Origin: Tubulanus polymorphus
Taxonomy: Eukaryota > Animalia > Nemertea
Length of the DNA stretch: 64,000 nucleotides
Assembly (NCBI RefSeq): GCF_964204645.1
Contig: NC_134032.1
Location: 2,476,416-2,540,415, forward strand
Direction of reading: 5' to 3'
Position numbers and translations under genes: made by a program
In this document: positions 20,985 to 32,660 of the stretch, one piece after another
Layout of the letters: each line of letters opens with the position of its first letter
Position numbering within the stretch: the first letter of the stretch is position 1
Notes under the pieces: model-generated
Databases searched by the model: none
What the model was told of the DNA's origin: nothing
The model's input: the letters and a program-made list of their open reading frames with translations, nothing else

Positions 20985-21620
20985 TTATTTATCAAAAAAA
21001 TTACTATCATCAACATATTTAGTTATCTTAGTGATGATTATTTGAACATTTATTTCATTACTAGTTTTATGATTATCATATATTTTGGATAATATGTTTT
21101 TAATATCACCAATAATTCCATCTTCATTTAATTCATAATATTCTAAAGGTGATTTAATTAAATCAATTACTTTTTCTATATTATACTTTTCTTTATCAAT
21201 CATTGATGCATTGTTAAATGATTTACTTTTTATATCAGTAATTACATCATTTAGTTTAATTCTCATTTCTTTACCATGTTTAAAATCAAACCCAAAACAT
21301 ATACTCGGTCCAACAGTTGCACCCATTTTCAACCGAGCTCTTCTATTAATTTCTTGAGCTAATGTTTCTAAATTATATAATCCTGGTTTAAGATAAAGAT
21401 GAAACCATTTACTTTTATTTCTATCATGAATTAAAAAGACTCTATGTTCAATAGACTTATCTGATACATTGTAAAAAGAATTACATAAACTTATATTTAC
21501 TAATTTTAAATCAACACAATTTTTGAATTCTCTGTCTAATTGTACTAGTAAATTATGTGATTTATAATTTGTAAGTTTTCTAGAATCTACAAATATTCTG
21601 TATTCTTTTAATTCCGCCAT
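20985..21620 (-). CDS. Possible minor capsid (penton-like) protein
   Basis: N-terminal IFVDSR..VQLDREFKNCVDLKLVNISLCNSFYNV and LKPGLYN resemble single-jelly-roll minor capsid N-termini; short for a penton. Confidence 0.5.
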   Translation of the reverse strand: MAELKEYRIFVDSRKLTNYKSHNLLVQLDREFKNCVDLKLVNISLCNSFYNVSDKSIEHRVFLIHDRNKSKWFHLYLKPGLYNLETLAQEINRRARLKMGATVGPSICFGFDFKHGKEMRIKLNDVITDIKSKSFNNASMIDKEKYNIEKVIDLIKSPLEYYELNEDGIIGDIKNILSKIYDNHKTSNEINVQIIITKITKYVDDSNFFDK

Positions 21621-21637
21621 TTATTTTACATATTTTC

Positions 21638-21979
21638 TCATTCGAAATCTATTTCATGGTGCCCTTTTTCATTCTTACCTTTGTATACGAAATAGAAATC
21701 TCCAGAACATAATTCTTCTAGATCTTCACTTGATAATCTATGAAATCTATCTGGTAAATAAGTTCTGAATTTATATTTATTTCCTTTTAATCCTTCATAT
21801 TCTAAATGAATTACTAATTTATCTCCATATTTATTAGTAATTGTTTCAATGTTAGTAATTAAATATTTCTTGTGAATTGTTTACTCAGTTAGTTTTTTAA
21901 ATTTATAATCTACAGATTTGACGCTTGAAGTATCTTTAATCCTATCTAAGAATTCACTGTGTACTTGTTTACTCTCCAT
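21638..21979 (-). pseudogene. Small conserved Maverick protein (possibly OB-fold/SSB-like), one in-frame stop
   Basis: MESKQ..FKKLTE*TIHKKYLITNIETITNKYGDKLVIHL..TYLPDRF..YKGKNEKGHHEIDFE; TAAATG start; homolog at ~32395-32660. Confidence 0.65.
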
Positions 21980-22007
21980 TTATTATACACATTTTTATTG
22001 AAATTGA

Positions 22008-25000
22008 TTAACACGCTAGAATCCTTTTCATAATCTCATTTTCTTTTGTTTCTTCTCTTTTGAATTTTATATATTCATCTAAATTGCAACCATAGGCGAC
22101 TGTGTGGATTCCATCATCTAAAATATATCTTTTATCATCAAATGGGTTTAGACTTATCTTCTCTATCTCTTCAATATACATTTCATGATCTTCAGATCTT
22201 AAACATTTCATCTTATGTTTTCTAACTTCTTCATTAAATATACAATTGATGTAATCTTTAAAATGAATATTATTTTCTACTACACTTTTGGTTATTCCTT
22301 TTAACTTTTTAGCTTCATGTTCTTTAGTTTTATAACTATACATTTTAGATCTAATACCAATGAACTCTATCATTTCTTCACCGCCTAATTCATCCTTAAA
22401 CTTCCCAGGAACTTTTTTATTATCATTGATAAACAATTCATGATCTTTAGGATAGTTACTGAAATCAAAATGATGATTTAATATTTTTAAATCACCAGTT
22501 ATGTTATCACTTTTTATCTTTAATATGTAAGAATCTGTATCTAGATATAAGATTTCTATATTTTTTTTCCCCAAAATGGGGTTGCAATACATTATAATAG
22601 AATTCATACATCAATAGCTTTGAAATTTCTAAAACTGCAGCTCCAACATAAATAGGTTTATTGAACTTCATAGAAGTTCCTTTTAATTTAACTGCTGCTA
22701 AATTTTCATCGAATATTCTATTACCTATAAATTTCGGATACGATTGTAAATGTCTAATTCTTTTACCATTACTAACTAACTCAATATCATTTCTATTTCT
22801 TATGTTTTCACATGTTTTTCCATAGAACGCATTATTCATTAGTTTAAAGTAATCTTTTTCAAAATCAGTTTTAGCTTCAGTTCTCTGTGTAGTATTAAAA
22901 TCTATAAATTTTTCTAACCACTTAGATTGATTAAATGAAATATATCTATGTACTTTTTTTAATATCATTCCTTGATTCAAATAAAACTTCAACATTCTAT
23001 AATGTACTACATAATTATATTTATCTTCTTGAGTTACCATTAACTTTTCAGTATGAATATGATTATCGGGTTTAATTCTTTTTTGATAATTTGATAATTC
23101 TTCATGTTTAACAATTTTATGTTCGGGACAATATGCTAGATTTCTAGATTTGAATTTAATATTTTCGGGGTATTCTAAATCTACAACAAAGAAGTAACCA
23201 GTATCTGAATCATCTGCAATATCTAGGATTCTTTTCTTCCAATCAAATTTATCAATTTGTAAAACTTCAGTTATTTCAAACATCCCATAAGGTTGTGGTT
23301 CTATCATTGCCCAACCATAAAGATTATTTGCATCTATGTATAATAATTTATATCCAGGATTATCATTTACATTGAAATATCTATCACCCAATACACCTGA
23401 AACACCTCCTCTTATAGATTTTTCAAATAATAGTAATTGATCTATATTTGTTAACAAATCCATTTTTATATCTGTAAATTTTAATCCACAATCCCATGTT
23501 AATCCTGGTGATGAATAACAATGACAAGGATCAATATTGAAATATTTTAGGTTTACATCTCTAAACCTTTCAAATATATCGGTTAATAATAATACATCTG
23601 ATTTTAAATATAAATCTACTAATTGTCCATGATTTTTAATTTCAAAATGATTCCAAATATTCAATGTTCTATTATATACTTCATCTTTAACATATTCATT
23701 TTTTAATTCATCATAGAATTGTTCTTTCAATAATTCAGTTATTTTAAAATCATTATGATTTTTTAGAAAGAATATGGAATTGCGCCTTTACATCTCATTA
23801 ATTTTAAATCATCATAATTTGGGTAATATTCTTTTAATATCTTTAATTCATCATCAACTAATGATTTTGATAAGTTATCTAATGAACTATTTAAAAATCT
23901 ATATGAATCTATAAATCTTAGACAACCAAATTGGAATGATATATAATTCTCAGATGTTTTAGCTAACATTCTAAATTTATAAGTTGGTATTTTATCTTTT
24001 GATTTATTTGAATTTAATATTTCTATTTCATTATTAATTTCTTCTATTTTATGAAACAGTTGCTTAATGAATAAATGCGCGTCATACCCCGATAAATTGT
24101 GAAATATAATGGGGACAAAATTTACTTTTTTGGCTTGTAAATTGCAAGCCTCATGCGCTGCACCTCTAAATTTACCATTCAAATGATCGTGGTCTCTTAC
24201 TTTTTTATCTTTATAATTAAATATCTTTTCACAATAATAACATTTATCTGCAAACTCAAATTCTTCTTTATCTTCTTCTGTCATAATTATTTCTTTATTT
24301 GTATTCAATAATTTACTAAATCTTATTTCATATTCAATTAATAAGTCACAAAAATGATTGATAACATTTTCATTTCTATAATTATAATATTCACTTTCAA
24401 TTAGTTCTGGATAATCAGATTTTATATATAACCCGAAAGCTGCAGCTGATTGATGAATCTTTTTAATAGTATTTGTTTTTGGTGGTTCATCTGAATAATC
24501 ACTTTCATTAGAATTTAATTTCTTTCTTTTATAATATATATCTTTTCTATCTTTATCTGTTAATTCTTTATTCAATGATTCAAAATCTCCATATATTACA
24601 AATGGTACTTTATTTTTGTAATCATATTTTTTGAATTCTAATATTTTATCTTTTTCATTTGGTAAAACTAATTTACAATAATCATGATTATCACATAGTT
24701 GTTTATGATTTAATAATGTACTTTCATTACTGAATCTATGTAAACATTTTCTACATAGATATATTTTATGGTGATCATTTTCTGATTTGAAAAATAAATC
24801 GATTTGTTTAATCCACATATAATGATTTTCATAATATAGTATATCTATAACATCATTTGAATCATAATCTTTTGATAGGTATAAAGGTTCTAATGTATAA
24901 TGTTTAATATTATTTCCTTTTGTATTTGGTAATTTAATTAAATCAAATACATTTATTTTAAGATTATTATCTCTTTCTATTTTTGGAATATTTTTAATTC

Positions 25001-26005
25001 TAACAGGATACTTATCTATCTTATAATTATTTTCAAATTGTTTATAATGAGTTAATCTATAAGTATGTTTATTATAATCTTCAACTGGATGTAAACAACT
25101 TATTATAGCCCATATAAAACATTTATTATCAAAATTTTGTATATTTATTACACCATTAGTTTTAAATGGTAGTTTAATATAACTTGTTCCATTTATACTA
25201 TCATCTTTATAATATGATAAATTATTTTCATCAATTGGTTTTGATTTAGTTAACTTATTATATTTTGTGTTATAAACATGTAAAGTTATAAATATTATCT
25301 CATCAAATATTAAACCAGATCCTTCAAAATATTTCTCTTCTATTTTAGTTTTTATTTCATTATAACATTTATTTAATTTATCATCTATATGTTGTTTATA
25401 TTATATATTGGTTTATCTTCTGATTTTATAAACTTTACTTTAGAAGATATACTTATTTTAGGATATTCAACATCTGTAATTATTTTTATTATTTCTTTCA
25501 TATTTTCTAAATGTTTTTTATTTTCTTCTAATGTTTTTCCTTTATGAAATTTAAACTCGATAGCTGCTGGACCAATATCACTTTTAAATGCTTCGGTTAT
25601 CTCTATATCTTTTTTATTATCTAATGAATTAATATAATTTCTTACATCTTCCATGTATGGTCTTTTATTGTTTAATTTATTTTTTATTCTTTTAATTGTC
25701 TTCTGTTTCTTATCGTTATCATTATCAAAATAATCTTCACCTAAAATATCATTATTCTTATTTCTAATATGACTTATAGATTTTAAATGTTCTTTATAAT
25801 ATCTTTTATCACTGAATGATTGATTACATGTATCACATTTGTATGTTTCTTTTTCATTCTTTAATTCTTCTAATTTAGTTTCTAATATATCATCCTTATA
25901 TTCTAGTTTCAATTTATTCTCTAAATGTGTTTTATTGTGTCTTGCTTTTTGGGATTTATCTATATCGATATTACATGTTGGGCAGTAGTACTTATTTGCT
26001 TCCAT
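22008..26005 (-). pseudogene. Protein-primed DNA polymerase B with Zn fingers, vOTU-like domain and endonuclease VII insert; frame breaks near 25385, 23760 and 22560
   Basis: NKCFIWAI..HYMWIK, YGDFES, RDHDHLNGKFRGAAHEACN, FHNLSGYDAH, YIDANNLYG, KLMNNAFYGK, YLDTDS, SKMYSY. Confidence 0.95.
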
Positions 26006-26488
26006 TTTAATACTATATTTTTTATTAAAATTGATTTTAGAAGTTCAATGATTTAAATGTTATTCATATATATATGAATATTTTAAGAGTAATAGGGGTA
26101 ATGGGCTTTCAAGCTAAAGGTTTAATGATCGAGTTCATTAATAACATATATTAAAAGTAATTAAAAAACTATAATATATTTTCATAACCGCGTGCATTTC
26201 AGTTGAATAATAGAATAATTATTATCATTTGAATATATTTGATTATTTGAATTTGTGTATTGTAATTAAATCAATTGGTCGCGGAGCGGTGGCGAAGCGG
26301 AGCGACCAATTGATTTAATACAATATGCTTTTTATATTATTGATATCTTAGAATAAATATTTAGTTTTGATATAAAATGCACGCGGTTATGAAAATATAT
26401 TATAGTTTTTTAATTACTTTTAATATTTTGTTTTTTAATGGGCTCGACTGTTCGACCTTTGGCCTGAAAGCCCATTACCCCTATTACT
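25923..26488. repeat. Right TIR with a 401-bp hairpin (26088-26488)
   Basis: 26088 AGTAATAGGGGTAATGGGCTTTCA pairs with TGAAAGCCCATTACCCCTATTACT ending 26488. Confidence 0.95.
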
Positions 26489-26664
26489 AAGAGGCAATAT
26501 TTCAGTATATATCTTAGAAAGAATTTGACGATAATGATTTTGAGAAGTTTGCATTTGAAGAGATGAGTGATGACATAAAAGCTGTTGCATAGCGCTGTTT
26601 CTCTATTATCCTTTGCTGGTAACTAATCTGAGAAACAATTCAATTTTTTCTTTTCTTTTTTAGG

Positions 26665-28385
26665 GATGAATCGGATTTGCCGATTAGAGATCAGTCAAAA
26701 TTTGTTGTCTTACAATCTGCCCTGCTGCTGCTTTTCGCATCGTGCGTCATTTGTAAGGCATCAAACAGGGTCTGGCGTCGAATTTTTTGAACTCAAATTA
26801 CTGTGAGAACGAACTGCACTTCATGCCATCACGCAACTGAATGGAAGAGTGAACCAACAACCCGAGGCATTCCAGTGTGTAGCATAATGCTAAGTGCCAT
26901 GATAATTTCGACTGGTAATCTAACAACCAAAGTGACCCGCCTGTTCAAGTAAGTGTCACTTGAAATAGTATTTTTACATTTATTCTAACGGGTATATGGA
27001 TTCTTTCTAGAAGGCTACTTCATAATATTTTGATAGACTGTTCCCATTAGTCAAACAGCTGATAGTCTTTATCATGATTTCAGTTTAATGAAAATTCATT
27101 GTTCCACAATAAGAACGGTTTACAGACACCAATCCCAGTATATTCACCTTGCAATAAGAAAATACTTCAATGAAAAGAGAAAGCTGCTATTGGATTCCAT
27201 CGGAAATAAACCACTACTGCCGGGAAGGGATGGTCGCTGCGATAGCCCAGGTCATTCAGCGAAGTATTGCTTTTACACAATAATGGACTTGCGGCAAAAT
27301 AGAATCCTTACATCAGAATTAGTGCAGGTAAATTCAATCTTCAATTTTGCAGGATTTCCATTATTTTGATTGTCATACGTAGGTTGATCAATGCAGATGC
27401 GTTTTTTTTTTAAATTTGTTTACAGAGTAACAAAACAACGTCGTCAAATGCGATGGAATTGGAGGGGCTGAAACGATGTCAGAAGACCTTGGTGAAATTC
27501 AGTGTCAGCATTTGTTGCCGATATACACATTATCTGTTAGGAAGTGGACCCGCGAATGTTGGAATGTTCCTCATTTCTATGACTGTTGGCATTGCGTTAA
27601 AGGTAGAGATCGTTCAAAAACACAACATACCATGTATAACTAATGATAATGTCACAATATTGATATTTTTGCCCTTTACATGTTTTTTCCTACGTCGAGT
27701 CAGAACATAAGATAACATTGTTATGGCAACTTTGGTATTATTCAGCATTTGCAAAGAAACTGGAGAAGCTGACAAAACGCAAAGGAAATGAAGACATAAA
27801 ACAATGGATTCAAAATATTAAAGTTCATCTGTACTTTTGTGCCTTGTCGTCAAAGCCTGGAGAATTCAGGATAATATTCAGAAGAAATGGCTAGCGTGTG
27901 TTGAGCACGTTCAGAATATACACACTAACTGTAGCCACGGACCACTTGAACAAGAGAGAAAATGGCTTCTTCCTGGTACGCAATTTCATGTTTCTATAAT
28001 TATACAATATGCAGAAATGCTGTAAGAAAAAATCAAGTGGAGTTGAATCATTTCATAGTGTTCTCAACCATTTTTGTCCGAAGATGATTCATTTTTCTTA
28101 CACAGGAATGCTCAGTCGGTGAGTATGTTGCATGTTGGTTCAGGGGGTACAGGGGAAAACTTACCTGTAGATACGCTTCCACTTTAAATTGGCGAAATCA
28201 TATTGTCATGGGTTAACATAAAATGTTATTTTCTAGATTATATGTGGCTATTCTTCATTAGAACAAAAACAGTTCCCGTGTCCAATCAAAAACAAAAAGT
28301 GGTCAAAAGAAGTATGCTGTACACTATCCAAAGCACAAGAATGGGCACATTGTGAGAACGTTCATTCAAATATCCAACATCGGTG
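26665..28385 (+). pseudogene. Spliced, decayed DDE transposase (Kolobok-like)
   Basis: DGRCDSPGHSAKYCFYTIMD, ELVQ|SN..SSNAMELEGLKRC, VESFHSVLNHFCPK; GT-AG introns, stops and frameshifts; superfamily call is from memory. Confidence 0.6.
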
Positions 28386-29639
28386 AAAGCTTGATTATTG
28401 TATACATGTACTGTAGGTTTTCATGTTGTATGAATATTTTGCAGTTCAAATGGGCATGATGCTGATTCCAATGTACAATAAACACATGAAGTTAAATGGT
28501 CAAGGACAGTCAACACCAAGATATCTCTCTTCGACCGATGTTGCACCATACAAGATCCGACTCTTACAACTCGAGGAAAGTGATTCAACACGATCGATAT
28601 AACACTGGAATAGGTTTGCAGTTCATTTCATTTAGTCCTTTATCCTTTTAGCCAATTTGGATTTTATTGTAATTGAAACTCTGGAACTGTTAACAAGAGA
28701 CAAGTAAGAAGTTGAAAAAACACAAGTTATGCTTGATTCTGATATTCAAATTAAATTCAAATTCAAATTTATTTTATTATATCATATTTACAAAACATAT
28801 CATTGGTTCATACAGTAATAAACATTAGGACAGAACGAATATTATTATAGAATTTACAAAAAGCAATGAATTTCTATAACTAAACATTTCTGAACATTAT
28901 TTGTCTAACTGAGATCAAGAGTAACTCTCCCGTTTATTAGGAAACACACGCAACTAGTGGAATATGTTTGATCTACACACATAAATTGTTTATCGCTATA
29001 GAATTTGTAATCCATAAACGCCAAAATCAACATCAGCCGGAAACCCAGACCAAATCAATTCATAATTTATTGATTGAATCTACACTACAATATATGTATT
29101 TATTCAAATATTTCAATAAAAAGATTAACTTCTAAAATCCATTCCAAATAATAATACGTTCTTATTTGTAAATTCACTCAATCTATCGACTCAGTAGGTG
29201 CCTAAGTTGAGTTCTTAATAGGACAGATCCATTTTAAGCATGGTGATAATACAGTATCATGATGTTTGAATGCCAAAATAAATGCCTGGTCAAATAAATT
29301 CATATTTCTTGATTGTACGTCCGCGTATGTTCGGTTTCAAAGCTGAATCATATTTGACGTCTACACAGTGGTTGCATATTAGGTTCGAATCTGTCAATGC
29401 ATTTAATTCTATGTATCGGTATTTCAATTTACTACAATTCCCATCATTCTGAATGGCTTTTCAGAAAACCCGTCATCGCTGCTTAGCAGCTATATTTAAA
29501 CTTTAATTCTGTAATATTATTCACTTGAAAACGAAAACGTGCAGTTTTAATCAAATTATTTTCTTTTGATCTAAAATTTTTAATTGTAGATTATTTTTCT
29601 AATTCATGTTAATCGATATCTTTGAAATGTAGCATCTGT

Positions 29640-29962
29640 TCTTTCATTTATTAGTAATTGTTTAATTAAAATTGATATTTTTTCAACTCGTTAATTACTC
29701 GTTACTTTTCATATTGTTTTAATTCTGTCATTTATTTTACATATTTCATTCATCGAAATCTATATAAATGATTTTCATACATATGATATTCATTTGTATA
29801 ATGTTCATTTATATGAAATTATTAGAGTAATAAAGTATATGTTGTATAATTCAGAGGTTGAAAGGTTCAGTGAGTGAAAAATAAGAATAAAAACGAGCGA
29901 GAATTTATTCTTATTTTTTATGAGCTCGACCTCCGGTATGAAAAGACATATACCCTATTACT
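29640..29962. mobile_element. Relic Maverick-family end with a 137-bp terminal hairpin (29826-29962)
   Basis: AGTAAT...ATTACT; inner stem AAAAATAAGAATAAA/TTTATTCTTATTTTT around CGAGCGAG; GAGCTCGACC motif shared with the other TIRs. Confidence 0.7.
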
Positions 29963-30739
29963 CTTCTAGTAGGTCGATTGGATTTTTTTCACATTTCGTG
30001 TGACAGATCCGTGCGAGCATTTTACAAGTTCCACATTCTTAACTAGAAAAAGATGAGACACACTCGGCTGATTGTTCCATTCTTCCTCAATAACAAACTC
30101 AGCATCAATAAGGTCAAGGACACTAATTCATCACTATAGTTGCGATTACACGAAGACGTGATTTTTTCGATGGAAATATGGAAACTTGGCGCCCCAAACT
30201 CATGGATCGTGCTTAAAATTGTCTGTAAATCTTATTTAAGTAGTAAATAAATGTCATGGTGTATTGGGAAATTTAATCAGACTTGTTCATCCGAATTGCT
30301 TTCGAATAAAGAAATTTCTGGAATCGATCTGCGTGCAGACATCCATAGCACGTATCAGTCGAAATTACTGCGAAAAGCCGATAGTAATCCGACGGGCCTG
30401 CGAAATGTATCGGAATATAAGAATAACACAACATGGATTTTATGACCGACATTTTTATTGGTTATTCAACTCAAATTATCATATGTGCCTAGGCATCTCA
30501 ATCGTTTCAAGTTTAGTTAAGTTTATAACAATCTTCATATTCGTTTGCTATCGATTTACACAGCGTTTCACAATGATCGGCACCACCATTACAATGTTCG
30601 GAATCGGCTTTCTAGAAACAATTTGCCGTCCCTTCAGCAAAAGGACACTGAAGTGTTTCTCCGTCATTTTCTTTTGCCAAAATACAAAATCGGAAAAAAG
30701 TGGCATTAAAGACTTATTAGGAGAATGAATTCATTAAAT

Positions 30740-31304
30740 AGTGTTCTAACAAATTGTGGAAAAACTTGTTTTATATTAAATTTATTAGAAACTATTTATA
30801 AAAACTATTTTGATAATATAGTATTATTTTGTCCAACGTATGAATTTAATCAAACTTATGATAGAAATATAACTAGAAATGATAAATTTATTGTGTTAAA
30901 TCCTAAAACAGTTTAAAAAAATTTAGATAATTGTATAAAAGAAGCAATCGATATTTACAAAGGATGAAATACATTATTCATTATAGATGATTGTGCAAAA
31001 TTTACATGATTCAAAACTTAGAGAAAGTGAGTTATGTTATTTAGCTTTCTCTGAGAGACATTTTGGGATAACAACGTGGGTTTTAAATCAAAAATATAAT
31101 TCAATTGTTAAAGATTTTAGAGAAAACATTAGATTTTTAGTATTATTCTACAATAAAGATAGAAAATCGATGAAAAATGCGCTTGAGGAAAATGATTTAG
31201 TTCCAAATGATTTACATAATGAATATATGGATACATTGAAAAATAATAAAAGATCAAAATTACTATTGCGATTACAACACCCATTTAAATATGAATTTAT
31301 TTAA
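30740..31304 (+). pseudogene. Decayed packaging ATPase of a related Maverick
   Basis: Highly similar to 13159-13773 (TNCGKT, RESELCYLAFS, DFRENIRFLVLFYNKDRKSM); stops and frameshifts. Confidence 0.92.
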
Positions 31305-31590
31305 ATTCAACTAGATTGTTAATCTAGCATATTTTAGTCACATTCTAGTTAAATTTTAGTTACTAGCAGTTGAAACAAAAAAATAAATAAAAACAACAAT
31401 ATTTCAACTAGCCTGTTAATCTAGTGTATGTTTAGTTACATTCAAGTTGAATTCTAGTTATTGGTAGTTGAAACAAAATCGAATAAAATTCAACAAGAAA
31501 TAAATAAAAACAACAATATTTCAACTAGCTTGTTAATCTAGTATATGTTTAGTTACATTCTAGTTGAAATCTAGTTCAATTCTAGTTGCA
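31304..31590. repeat. Degenerate ~120-bp tandem repeat inside the relic
   Basis: TTCAACTAG..TGTTAATCTAG..TTTAGTTACATTC occurs three times. Confidence 0.75.
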
Positions 31591-31619
31591 ACAACACAAC
31601 TAATTTGTTTGTTATATAA

Positions 31620-32245
31620 ATGGGAGGTGAAAAGAAAATAAAATCTAAAAATAGTGATGTTCCAATTGAAAAAACTTTGGATGATTTAGGTATAACAGAA
31701 ACAAAATTAGCGTCAGATAATAATTGTGCTTTAAATGATATTACTACTAGCAATAATTATGAATATTATCTTTATTGCAAACATCAATTAGAAATATTAA
31801 TAGCATCTGGGAAATGTAAAAGTTTTATTAGCAAAAATTTTACGTATAATGAATTAGATACAATGAAATCAGATGAAATTATTAAATTATTTAAAATATA
31901 TGAAACTGCGAGAATAGCTAGAATTAATGATGCGATATCAGAAAATTTTGTAAAAGGTTATAGTAAATTATGTAATTATATGCTGTCAATTTAAGATGAA
32001 AATAGATTATATTCCGATTTAAAAATGATTATTTAGTTATGACCGAATTAAATAAATGGATTGGATATTTATCATTTCAATTAGGTGGATTTATGACGCT
32101 ATTAACAACTGTATTCATTTTGATTTGGTGTAGTTGGTATAAGAAATCAAATTAAATATATGATATTAATAATTCTGAAACTACTGCTATTAAAAATGAA
32201 AATACTTCTGAAATTCAAAAATTCACAATAAAAAAAATGGATTAA
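31620..32245 (+). pseudogene. Decayed homolog of the 11114-11719 gene followed by a remnant of the 11712-type gene end
   Basis: YEYYLYCKHQLEILIASGK, ARINDAIS, KNDYLVMTEL. Confidence 0.88.
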
Positions 32246-32394
32246 TATTTTTGAAAAAAAGCAAAAAAAAATTTTATTTTAATTAATTGAATATCTCACT
32301 ACTTCTGTCTATCTACGCGGAGCAAATTTAATTGTCCAGATAAGACATTTCGGATTCTTGATATTAATTTTTTAATTATTTTTTTTCTTAATTA

Positions 32395-32660
32395 TTTAGT
32401 CTACAACTTCTAAATCATGATGCCCGTCTTCATTTTTCCCATGGTAAATTATTTTAAATCCTTCTAAATCTTTTAATTCCTCTGCTTTTCTCGCGTTGTA
32501 CTAACATTACAGTAGCTTAAATTTGCTGTTTCTTTCTCTCCATATTTAGTTTTTATCTTTTCCAATTTCAATATTTTATGTTCAATTTCCTTTGAAACAT
32601 CGATTAAATTTTTCATTTAAAATTGTTTTTGTTGGTTTTATTCTGTTATTTATTGTTGCT
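32395..32660 (-). pseudogene. Decayed homolog of the 21638-21979 gene
   Basis: Reverse strand reads KIKTKYGEK..FKIIYHGKNEDGHHDLEVVD*. Confidence 0.65.

Larger units (their letters stand above)
8122..26488. mobile_element. Complete Maverick/Polinton-like endogenous virus (18367 bp)
   Basis: ~570-bp near-identical TIRs starting AGT, 6-bp TSD AAGAGG (8116-8121 and 26489-26494), integrase, ATPase, pPolB and capsid-like genes. Confidence 0.97.

Noticed and set aside
22555-22575. Programmed ribosomal frameshift in PolB
   Set aside because: The gene has other breaks; a homopolymer indel or sequencing error is simpler
30251-30728. ORFs of 64 and 154 aa
   Set aside because: No recognisable domain; the TAAATG at 30251 alone is not sufficient evidence
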